Origin: Utricularia gibba
Taxonomy: Eukaryota; Plantae; Magnoliophyta
Reading direction: 5' to 3'
DNA: 64,000 nt
NCBI GenBank assembly: GCA_002189035.1
Contig: NEEC01000002.1
Location: 5,332,001 to 5,396,000, forward strand
Below, piece by piece: positions 11,363 to 22,446 of the stretch. Within the stretch, counting starts at the first letter, position 1, and each line of letters begins with the position of its first letter. A model generated the notes under the pieces. That model saw only the letters and a list, made by a program, of their open reading frames with translations, had not been told where the DNA came from and ran no database searches. The position numbers and the translations under genes were made by a program.

Positions 11363-12991
11363 AATGTTTCTATTTGTTTAAGTAAGATCTTTTTTATTTT
11401 AAAATGTATTTTGAGAATTCCAAAAGAATCGTAGGTTTTTGGATGAAAAAAAAATAGGTATTTTTTTAAAAAACTTATTTATTTAAGTTTTATTTGAAAT
11501 AGTTGACATCAATGCTTATCTATATATTTATTTTTAAAAAAATATTTGGATTTTTTCACGTATTATTATTTTTTTTTCATTTTTTCTTTTCTTTTCTATA
11601 ATTATGAATGATAAAATTTTTATATTTTAGTAAAATTGTTTTAATCTATCTTTTTTTATTAATATTTAACTATGCATAATGTGTTAAAAATGTATAATTT
11701 TTATTTGAAGAACCTTATGTACTTAATATTACCTAAATAATTCTATTCATTATTCATAAAAACATTAAAAAATGGTACGAACATGTATAAACAAATTACG
11801 AACAACATTTACGAATATATAAGTCTATTAGATTTATATGATTTATAAAAATAAATAACTATAAACATGTAGTAAAATTCAAATTTCAATGAATTTTGAA
11901 ATAAAATAGCAAAACCATATCTATATATATTTGAAATTTATTTCTTATTGTATATATTTTAAATTAAAAAATATTTTTTATTTCATTCATTACATTTGAG
12001 AAAAAAATCTTTAATATTATTTGAAAGAAAATAACAAAACACGAATTTAAAATATAAAAATAAACAAGATGTCCAAATAACATTTAATGATTAGATGATA
12101 TATAATACAAATTTAAGATAAATAAAAAAGTCAAACCTTCGGAATAATACTTTGACATTTAAAATAAAAATATACACTCAATCTAAACAATACTATAGTG
12201 GATGATGCATAGCAAATATAAAATAAAAAAATAGTAAGTTGATCCAAATAACACTTTAAACTTAAGTAATACATAATACAAATTTCAAAGAAAATAAAAG
12301 ACACTTGATTCAAATAAGAAATAAAGATTAAATGATATATGATATAAATTTAAAATAAAAACATAGGTATTCTAAAAAGAATTTGATGCAAATAACATCC
12401 AATGTTCAAATGATTTATATAAGAAAATATATCACATATTCATTATTTCAATAAAATGGTTTAAAGAATTAAATAATAAATATAATATTTTAAAGTAAAT
12501 TTATAATTTTTTAAGTGTTTATAAATTAAAATACTAAATAATTTATTTATCATGCTTTAAAAATATTTATTCGACTATTTTCTTAATTTAACAATATTTA
12601 GAGTAAATGTAAAATATTATCTACGAAATTGAACAATTGCGGTGACTTATGTTTTTTAAAATATTGTTTTTATAGTTACCGCAATCAAGTAATTACATGG
12701 ATTTTCCTATTTTTAAATATTATTTACGTAGTCACCGTAATCGGCTAATTACAGTAACTTAACCATTTGAAAATATTATTTACATAGTCACCGCAATCGA
12801 TTATACTACAATTAGAGCTGGTACGGGTGGGACTGGTACGAGTACGAGTCCGACCTGCCAGATCAAAAATTAAGTGGCTGAGTCGGCGGGTCAAACTTGT
12901 GCGGGTAAAGTGCTTGACCCGACTCGTACCCGGGTCATGCTGAGTTGGTGAGGACACACAGACGTGGGTTACATATCCCACGCCCCACGTC

Positions 12992-13095
12992 CGTGTGTGA
13001 TGCTGAGGACTACGCCCGTGTGAGTTGCCGTTGGACGTGGGTTCGTGTGTGATGCTGAGGACTATGCCCGTGTGAGTTGCCGATGGACGTGGGTA
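12992..13095. repeat. Two tandem copies of a 52-bp GC-rich unit
   Basis: CGTGTGTGATGCTGAGGACTAYGCCCGTGTGAGTTGCCGWTGGACGTGGGTW at 12992-13043 and 13044-13095, with 3 mismatches. Confidence 0.9.
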
Positions 13096-13249
13096 ACACA
13101 TGAAATTGTGTTTACTTATAATTTTTATGTAAATCAATTAATATAATTTAAATAATTTAAACATCATTAATTCATTTTTGTATATTTAATTCATAAGAAT
13201 TTACAATTATATTGTTCATTTTATTATAGACATTTTGAATTTAGAAATA

Positions 13250-13743
13250 TTTGGAAATATGAAATTTTGAATCTTTAATAATAAAGTGTTTAATAATAAA
13301 ATTTTTGAAAAATGAATTAATATTTTTAAATTTTTAGAATTGATTTGAAGGAATAGAGATTTATGATTCTGAAAAACTAGAATAATTGTTTTTCAAAACC
13401 TTTATAGAAATTTATTTTTTAAAAAAAATTTAGATTGTACTGACAATTTAATAAAAAGTTTTTGAAACTTATATTTTAAATAAATAATATATTATTATTT
13501 TTGTGTCAGGTTTTATAAAATAAAAATATTTCATGTAAATATTATGATAAAAAATATGTAAATTCTATTTTTTTGAAAATAGATATTTTATATTAATAAA
13601 ATACAAATTATTATATTTATAATACGCATATATACATATAAACATTAAGATGAATAATTTTCTAAATTCAGATACACACAATTAACACGGTGGTTAGTTT
13701 TCTAAAGAGGTATTTTTATATTGAATAGTTTTAAAAATGACAC
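13250..13743 (-). repeat. MULE right terminal inverted repeat
   Basis: Reverse complement begins GTGTCATTTTTAAAACTATTC...TCTGAATTTAGAAAATT and is collinear with 3891-4440. The inner boundary is approximate. Confidence 0.88.
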
Positions 13744-14381
13744 ATAGAGAGACGGGGGAAGAGAGAGGAGGGGGCGAGGGGTGAATGGAAGTTAAAAAAG
13801 CTGCAAGAAAAAACAATCGAAGGTTGACTCTACTGTCTGGTTTGAAATATTGATTTAAAATGGGAAAGATGATCGACGGATGAAGATGCACCAGTGTGTG
13901 ATTGTAATGGATTGATGAATGAGAATGAAGCAACTATAGACTGTGTTTGCGTTGAACTCCATTGACAATTATGTAAAACCTTACATGTATTTTACAAAGA
14001 CTTCAAAAATCATGGGTATTTTGTCAATTATTTTTTTAAATCGTGTATTTTACTAATTTTATCCATGTGCGATAGTAACTACACGTGGGAATTGTTTGAG
14101 AATGATTGCTTGGAGAACAATCCCTTCTGGGAATTGCTGCTCCAGTAAATTAGATCATGAGTCAAGCAACGGTTATGGCGTGTTGGTCTCCATCTCTAAC
14201 AACAGCCACCACCTTTAGACATTCGCATTAAATAGTAGGTCTGCTGCTTTTAACCACTCGACGGCCGGCCGTTGACATCTCCGTTCCACCTGCACATCAT
14301 CTGGAGATGCTTTTGTGTCCAAAAGGGTGTTGCAAAGGAAAGCTTTGTGCTCTTTTTGGTGGGTTTTGATTTGGCTTCATA

Positions 14382-15551
14382 ATGGGCTGTTCTGCTTCTC
14401 GTTCTGCTGATTTTGTTGCTCATTGTCAAAAGCCTGAGTCGAATGCTTCTTCTTTGCACTGGAAAACTCTGTTACAGTCACCCTGCAACTCGTTTTCTGA
14501 CTTGAATTCGACTCCGGCTTCGCGGACTCGTTCTCTTCTGACCCCTGTAGTGCACCACCCGCCTGTGAGAAAAGGGGATTCGAATCACTTTGTTGCTCTC
14601 ACGTCCACTACCTATGGCTCGCTTTTCCTCCTCAATCCACCTAACTCGAGTCCGAATATCGAGACCCAAGGAGATAAGATGTCACAAGAGGAACAAATTG
14701 GGGGCTCTGCGAAATGTGTGTCCCCTGTTTCTGTTGTCAACACATGGGAGCTCATGGAGGGCCTTGATGACAACGAATGCACCTTCAAAAGAGTTGATTG
14801 CCACAAGGGGAATCCTGAAAGTGAGATGAATGCAGCTGACATGGCGAAATCTCTTGAGTTTGTGGAGCATCCGGTTCCCAGGCCCTTGTGGGAACACTTA
14901 CATGAAGAATCACTCTTTCCTAGAATCGATGGGCATGTGGGTTACAGAAAGGCATCATCAATGAGGAGAAAAGTTGGATGTGGGAGGCCAATGGAAATTC
15001 CAAATCATAGAAAGAATGATGAGCCTCTCCCTTCACATAATGCCATGGAATCCAATGGTAGTGATGAATTCTGTTGTTTGTGGGGCGGTGCAGAGGATAG
15101 AATAGTGCTTTACTACACAACTTTGAGGGGCATTCGAAAAACATATGAAGATTGTTGTGCTGTTCGAAATATTCTGAGGGGATTCAGAGTACCTGTGGAT
15201 GAAAGAGATATCTCCATGGACAGAGCTTACAGAGCCGAGCTGCAGCAGGCTCTAAACTCAGAAGCTGTGAGCTTGCCGCAAGTGTTCGTAAGAGGGAAAT
15301 GCATCGGTGGAGCTGAGGACATTAAGCAGCTCAACGAGGCCGGAGATTTAGCCAAACTACTAGAAGGCTTTCCATTCAGCGACTCAGGATTTTCTTGCGA
15401 GTTCTGTGGCGATGCTCGATTTGTTCCATGTCCCAATTGTAATGGAAGTCGAAAGGTTTACGAGGAGGAAGATGGGTCGCTGAGGAGATGCCCTGACTGC
15501 AATGAGAATGGATTGGTTCGATGCGCCTCTTGCCGCCTTTCATCAGACTAG
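14382..15551 (+). CDS. Glutaredoxin-domain protein with C-terminal Cys-rich region (plant GRX-like, At5g39865-type), 389 aa, single exon
   Basis: Intact ORF starting MGCSAS. It has the GRX-like block RIVLYYTTLRGIRKTYEDC...VDERDISMD...LPQVFVRGKCIGG followed by CEFCGDARFVPCPNCNGSRK...RCPDCNENGLVRCASC. Confidence 0.93.
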   Translation: MGCSASRSADFVAHCQKPESNASSLHWKTLLQSPCNSFSDLNSTPASRTRSLLTPVVHHPPVRKGDSNHFVALTSTTYGSLFLLNPPNSSPNIETQGDKMSQEEQIGGSAKCVSPVSVVNTWELMEGLDDNECTFKRVDCHKGNPESEMNAADMAKSLEFVEHPVPRPLWEHLHEESLFPRIDGHVGYRKASSMRRKVGCGRPMEIPNHRKNDEPLPSHNAMESNGSDEFCCLWGGAEDRIVLYYTTLRGIRKTYEDCCAVRNILRGFRVPVDERDISMDRAYRAELQQALNSEAVSLPQVFVRGKCIGGAEDIKQLNEAGDLAKLLEGFPFSDSGFSCEFCGDARFVPCPNCNGSRKVYEEEDGSLRRCPDCNENGLVRCASCRLSSD

Positions 15552-17373
15552 CCATGGTTCTCTCTACAGACACCGGAACGGGAAAATTAGCAAAATACTT
15601 AATATTTTCAATAGGTTTGGCAAAATAATTGAGTTTTTAAATTTATTGGCCATATATCTATATTTATAGATATAAAAAATAAATTATGATAATTGAATAA
15701 AATATATTTGATTAATTTTACTTTTTAATGAATTGATTTCTAAGGAAAACTAAGTGTTAGTTTGAAAAACCGGCATATGGTCAATTTGTTCCCTAATTGT
15801 TTAAACCATTAATTTTAAATTTTTAATATATGTTTATAAAACATCAATTTTCGAAAAATATGAATTATTTAAATTATAATTTCAAAGTTTAATAATGAAA
15901 TACATCTTTTGTACTGTTAGTATAAAAATAATTAAAAAAAATTAATATTAATATGTTTATTAAAATATTAATTGAAATTGATGTGTAATTATTTTCAAAC
16001 TTAAGTTAATTTTTAAATGCACAAAGCTAAGTTCAGTTAAATAATAAATCAATTTCAAAACTTATTTATTTTTTTTAATGCGACTGTTCCGACATAGGCA
16101 AATCACCAAGGGAGCCGCACGTTTGAGTTTATGGGTCAGGGTTTCTTACACGAAAATAAATATTTAAATAATCAGAAATTATTCTAATTCTACAATTTCT
16201 AATATTTGCTAATAGAAAAAATTGCATTTTTCGTAATATAATAATTTTTAATTGGCGATTTTTTTTTGTATTAATTTTTTGGAGTATTAAAAAATCAAAT
16301 ACGATCTTGAAGTCTGTTTATAAAAGAAGTCAACTTGTACGAAATTAAGCATTAATTAATTATTTTTTATTCTAAAATTTAGAATTGAAGAGCTTTTTAC
16401 TTTAAATGTCCTTTAAATTCATTTAAATCTGTATTAAAAAATGGAAAAGATAATTTTTTGCTGGCTTTGTCTTGTCTCCGGAGCATGAAGGGGCTTGTCC
16501 TAACGGAGATGGATTCTTGAAGTCAGTGAGTACCTGATTAAAATTAGGGGCTTCCATCTGGAACCCACCACGCGTTTTGTCTCTCCGTGATCGAAAAGTT
16601 ATTCTCCTGATCTTTTGTGATTGCTGTTGAAAGAAAGCCATATCTGGTTACTGAACTAGGAGCTATATTTTCTGGTATGAGTTTTTTCTGGGTTTTCGGC
16701 ATGAGGATTATCTGCAGCAGGGTTCGAGGAAACCCATGTCCAATATTGTCTCTGAGAAATTTTCATTTGTATTCGTAAATTGTTTTGATTCTTCTATGAT
16801 AAACCAGTAAAGGGGATTTATGCTAGTTCTATGAAATCTATCAAAGAAAGTATCCCACGGGCTTGCAATTTTTTTTTCCAGCTCACTCTGTCTGCTGACT
16901 GCTTCTATCTTTCTAGGTGCCATATTTGCCAATATTATGACCTTTTTTGTTGATGCTTCTCTTGAGGCTGGAATGAAATGTTCGGAATTTGAATGATCAT
17001 TTGTTATTTGTTCTCTTATATTTGATCCGGGTTACAAATCGAATCCTATACAGTCTTTTATGTATCATTTTTTTATCCACAATGGTTGCTTAAATTATTT
17101 AATGCTATTAATGTGACGTAATGAAGGCGATATGGGTGATGCACGCATGAATTTGAAAGTGTGTAAAGTTGTTCTGTGGTCTAATTTAGGTAACTTGGTT
17201 GCTGTCAAAAATTGTCTCTAGCTTCTATCTTTCTCAGTTTTTGATGTGCTAACCCTTTGCATTTTGAATGAGTCTCTTCAGGTTGGATTGAACAATTTGC
17301 ATGCAATACATGGCTGAGATATAGCCCTTGACATGCTCGAATCGTAGTTATTCTTGTTACCAAGCGTGATAAA

Positions 17374-18968
17374 ATGTCTAATGGGGAAGTAAGAAAAGTT
17401 TCTCTACAAGATATACAGTTGGTAAGTCTCATGAATAGAGTTGTTTGATTTACTTCTCTTATCCTATGCATATGTAGACGTGGGGTCTTGAATTTGAAGT
17501 TGCAATGTCCAATGCTCTAAGTCAATACTTAAAGCAAACAACAAATGTATTGCTTTGCCTTATTTGTCTTTTTATCTCATGATATCAGGTTCAAAATCTG
17601 ATAGAAAGGTGCCTTCAGCTTTACATGAGCCAGAGAGAAGTTGTCAAGACCCTCTTGCACCAGGCCAAGATTGAACCTAGTTTCACTGAGCTTGGTAATA
17701 TGTGGATTCCACATTTGTTGTTTTCTTGCCCCTCCTGGTACCGCATCAAGGGTTGATATGGCACATGGAGTGCTAAGTTGTTTAACGAGTGGAAAAGCCG
17801 TTTCATGGGGAACATTTGATCCTATTTCTCTTCATGGATTTTACTCAATTTTTGTCACTTGTCATATCTGAAATTACTAAAGCAACTGTCTTGGCAACTT
17901 TCAGTGTGGCAAAAGCTAGAAGCTGAAAATCAAGACTTTTTCAGAGCATATCACATGAGGCTAGTAGTGAAAGACCAGATTTCCAGATTCAATCAGCTGC
18001 TTGAGAAACAGGCTGAGCTAATGGATCAAATGAGTAAGGCCAAAGTGGCCCCATCCATTGCTTCAGAGGCACATCCAAGTAAGGCTTCTTTTCACGGCCA
18101 CGCCTCCAGTGCTTGTCTATACTCTTTTTTCGTGCTCGAATGAACCACCCCCATTCAACTCCATAGCTTCAGACAATATGTACAGTAGCTGCACACTGAG
18201 GCTAATATTGCAATTCCAGCTTACTCTACACCACTCTATGGACCATCTACTAATGAAGAGAAAATGCTTCCAAAACTTGCAGCAGCACCTCATGTTCGCA
18301 CTGTTGGTATGGCGTCACTACAACCATGTGCTCAAGTTGGAGATTATCTGGCAGCTGGTCATGGTGGAAGGTTTGATGGTGCTGGAAGTGTTCTGTTAGT
18401 ACAGGGGCTAAATGCTGGAGCGAGGCATGGTGCAAATGGTGCAATTATCAAAGCCGAGGATGGGTATCCTGGAAAATCTGCAGTGTTTGGAATAGACAGC
18501 AATCTTGTCGATCATCAGAATGTTATTGGAGAAGTGTCCATATCGCCCTTCAGCGGAGGAGAATCTCATGCCGAGCCAGTTGCTGATTCCTTCTTGGACC
18601 TAGAGATGAACTCGTTTGGGTTCTTAGGACAAATACCCCGGAACTTCAGTTTATCTGACTTGACAGCAGACTTTTCGAATAGTGCGGGTGAGTCCCTCCA
18701 AATTTTCTCCCTCTGTAGACTAAGGGAATAACTAGACTTGCAACTGCAGACATACTTGGGAGCTATTCAAGATCTCCCTTCCTGGCAACGGAGACGAACT
18801 ACATGGATTCCCATGCCCATGGAGAACAAGGTAAGCTCATTTTGTCCTCATTTTCAGTTACAGAAAGGTACCATGAAGCCTATGCGTTTGTGGTTACTTC
18901 TACCAGACATCAAGAAGCTGGATACTATATCAGAGGGGTTTGCTTGTGAAGATTTCGGAAGTGAATGA
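17374..18968 (+). CDS. A_thal_3526 / TIGR01589 (PF09713) family protein, tandem copy 1, 312 aa
   Basis: Exons 17374-17421, 17589-17694, 17905-18078, 18220-18687, 18750-18830 and 18907-18968 (939 nt, GT-AG, open frame). Signature: VQNLIERCLQLYMSQREVVKTLLHQAKIEPSFTELVWQKLEAENQDFFRAYHMRL. Confidence 0.88.
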
Positions 18969-21900
18969 TGCAAACACCAGGAAGCTGGATCCTGCGTTGG
19001 TTAGCTTCACTATGAAATCCCCTCAAAGCGATACATGTAGCCTGTTGCAGAATAGCATTTTCCAAGAACGAGCCCATTTGTAAAATGCTGTGCCTGATAC
19101 ATTGCTTCCATGTGGCTACAGGCAGAGCTGGGTGATCATCATTATCTGGAATTTGGCAAGCTGTTAAAATCAATAACCTGCTGTGTCTCGTTGACTCTTG
19201 TCGTAGATAGAGTTTCTTGCATCATTCTGGGCACACGTCAATAGGGCAGCATGCACTACATGGAACGCGAAGGTGCAGCTGCCAATGAAACCTCGCATCT
19301 TCAGACAAATATCTTGTCCGTTCATGCTCTTCAACTAAATAAATAATCAGAGCGAGGCCTCCCAAATTGCTCCTCCGTAGCGTGGCGTAACCCTATGGAT
19401 CAAACAAACTTACATGCAAAGCCGGGCATGCGTCCGACTCCATGGGTTACGGATAAACCGCCGAGTTAGGAAAAAAATTCTGTGACTCGATACGTATGCA
19501 TTGACAGGTTGAGCACCTTGACCCGTTTCCGGTCAACTAGTATATATACATCAAAGAGTTAGTCTGATATTGTTAAGCACCGCAAACATTAAACTGTGAT
19601 GTGTATTTCAGGCACCACAAATATTGAATTGCAATGTGCTATAAGATTTTTTCTCCAATTGAAATCACATAATTTATTCATTCGATCATAATGCACCAAA
19701 AATATCTAATGTTATAATATTTATTCCATAATTTTAAAACGTATTATTTAATACATTTTAGCTATACGATGCGTAAGGATCGAGTACTATAGCTGTTTTA
19801 TCCTATTTATCATTATACAATCGATCCATTCACATCGGTTGTGTCGAACAAGAACACACTTGGGGCAAAATTGGTACCCTAATCGTGACGTCAGTGCTGT
19901 ACCAATCTACTAGAGTTGGGCACTGCAAATGTTGATCAGACATGCATGGGCATCAAAGAGTCAGTCTGCCTATCCTAGGCACATCAAACGTGAATGTGAA
20001 CGTGAACTCTATGAATTCAGCTTCAATTATGGTTCAAAAATCTTGGGTAAATCGAAATTATTCTCTAGAATGCGCAATAAACAGTTAGTAGGACGTTCGG
20101 CTCAAACTCATTCACAAGCCAGAAAATTCAAACTTATTCACAGTTCATTTAATTATACTTAATTGGGTTGGATTTCAATTTAGTTGTATTAAACCCAATA
20201 ATTAGGCTGTTAAAAGTTTTTTTAATAAAAAACAATCTTTTTTTGTTAGATTGTATTATAGGTTCAATATCAAACTACGGACTCGTCCGGTACCCATTTT
20301 TTATGAATATGGATAATGGGTCCGATTTATCATAGTTCGATAAAACATATATATGAGGCGACTCGTATTCATGTTCAGTTCTACTCCCATATCCATATCA
20401 GCATATTGTTGCAAACTTGCACACAGCCCAAAAACTATAAAACGTAGCTGAAATTAGCGTGTTCTTCCCCTGCAATCAACGAAGACACTACCCCATCTTC
20501 CGTTGCAACGGAAGATGGAGATGACGCCTTGTTTCACGACTAGATGCACGCTGGCGCCATTGTTCACTCCTGCTCGTTTAGCAGATGACTTTTTTATGTG
20601 TAATAAAAATGATTATCTTTAGAATCTATTAAATAAAAGGTTTAAGATGAAATTTATTAATAAATAGTTTACCTAAATCGTATTTTATAACCCTTTTTTT
20701 TTTACCATTAAAGCCTTTTTGATTCAATATTATTTAAATCTTCATCCTTTCTCTTTTCTATTTAAAGTATTTTTTATTTAAAAAATTAGACAGCGTAATT
20801 ATCATTTCAAATATCTATATGATTAATGTACAATTTATCAATATTTTTAAAACTATCCAATAAACTACATCTTTAATTAATCTATCCAATAACCTTCTTT
20901 TGCTTAATAATTCTTTAATCATATCTACCATTACTCAACTATATTATTATTTATTTAAAAAGGAAATTAAAAATAATCAATTTTCCAAATTACCATGCTT
21001 TAGCTCCACCACTCCAAACATTAATAAGGTAGAGGATAAAGGTATTATGTAAATCACTATGATGTACAAGTGCGGGATCGCGAATCTATGGATACACGCA
21101 TAGAGTATTCAGGAAACTTAAATATATCAGTATTTATAATAAAAATTATTTATTAAAAATACATATTTTTTTTAAAACATTAGTTATATAATAATAAATA
21201 ATTAAAAATTGATAGATAAATTTTAAATTTAATTATTATAAAAAAGTAATAAATCAATATGTAAATATTTAAATACCATATTAACCAATATTTAAAAGAG
21301 AAATCTAATATAAAAAATATTAAGATTAATATTAATGAATAGCATAATTTTAATCTCAATAAAAAAAGATAATCCATACAACCACTGGTAAAATAAACAA
21401 AATAATGATTATAGAATTGAATAAAGTTATTGAATAATAATATTATATAGATATATATATATCTATTTCTTGTTTTTAGTTTTTATTTATAATAAAAAAT
21501 TATTGAATACATGTACATGAATTCATATGTGTATCCATGAATTAGTGTATTGAGTATGTGAATTTGCATAAAATAGGAAAATCTGTGTATCATATTTATA
21601 TTAACAATTAAAACATCCCATTATTTTCTTATTGATTTTTCAAGTTTTATACTAAAATAAAAAATACATTTTTCGAATTTTTAAAATGTTTTTAATTTGA
21701 TTTAAAAAGAAATGGAAAATTATGAATATGACATGCAGTCCAATATTGAGATAATTATATAATGTAAATATTGATGTTTTATTTTCCTTTTAGGGCCATT
21801 CCCATCAGCAAAAAGGTAATTATATTATGTTGCTCACTTTGGCTCCATAAACGGTTTATTTAAGTTTTAGGTCGCTGGTTCAAAAGTTGCCTGAAAGATT

Positions 21901-22446
21901 AGGGCGTCCATCTGGAACCCACCTCACCTTTTATCTGCCCCGTGAGCCAAAAGTTGGCCTCCTGATCTTTCGTGGGGAAGGCCCATATCGTCCCGCTGAA
22001 CCAGTAGCCTGTGTTCTTCGGGTGTCAGCTCTGGCTTCAGTTCAGTTTCCCTGGTGATTGCTTTTTCTGGGTTTTCAATACGAGAGAGTATCCGGAGTAG
22101 GGTTCCAAGGAAAGCCGGGTTACATAACTGAATCCCTGCCAAGTTTCTCATTTTATTGATGAATGGTTGTGATTTGTGTGTAGTACGGCATTGAAGGGGA
22201 TTTGCACTGTGCTGTCTGTGGAGAAAGTATCCATTGGCTCATTCTGTGTCTGCTACTTTCTTTCTTGGTATAGTTTGCTCAGTTAATTTTCCCGTTCTAA
22301 TGATTCTCTTCAGGCAGGAATGAATTTTCTGGCTTATTTGAGCTATGAGCCTAAAGAAAATCCAGGATTTGACGTGTGATGAAATCTTGCCTGAAAAGCT
22401 CAATTCGTAGTTGTTCTCGTTGGCAATCTTGAAAAAAAAAAAACAA

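Larger units (their letters stand above)
3891..13743 (-). mobile_element. Mutator-like element (MULE), ~9.85 kb, long TIRs, transposase plus a second accessory gene
   Basis: 3891-~4440 aligns by eye with the reverse complement of ~13250-13743. The flanking 10-mers GTGGAGTGAC (3881-3890) and ATAGAGAGAC (13744-13753) match at 7/10, consistent with a degenerate TSD. A MuDRA-type transposase lies inside. Confidence 0.88.

Noticed and set aside
12745-13137. 130-aa minus-strand ORF (also any CRISPR-like reading of the 52-bp repeats)
   Set aside because: It arises from a GC-rich tandem repeat. The units are directly adjacent with no unique spacers, there are no cas genes, and the context is eukaryotic.
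16423-16641. Minus-strand ORF sharing GGFQM(E/D)A with a similar stretch near 21900-21925; possible conserved small peptide or uORF
   Set aside because: The paralogous region has a stop and a 1-bp indel and no shared start codon. Similarity is better explained by non-coding conservation. No C/D snoRNA boxes are conserved either.
19400-20350. GC-rich patches with ACCCG/CGGGT-like motifs suggesting hAT-type MITE ends
   Set aside because: No paired termini or TSD could be identified; left unannotated.
21060-21570. Possible MITE (ATGGATACAC seen in inverted orientation at both ends)
   Set aside because: Only short matches; I could not define TIRs or a TSD.
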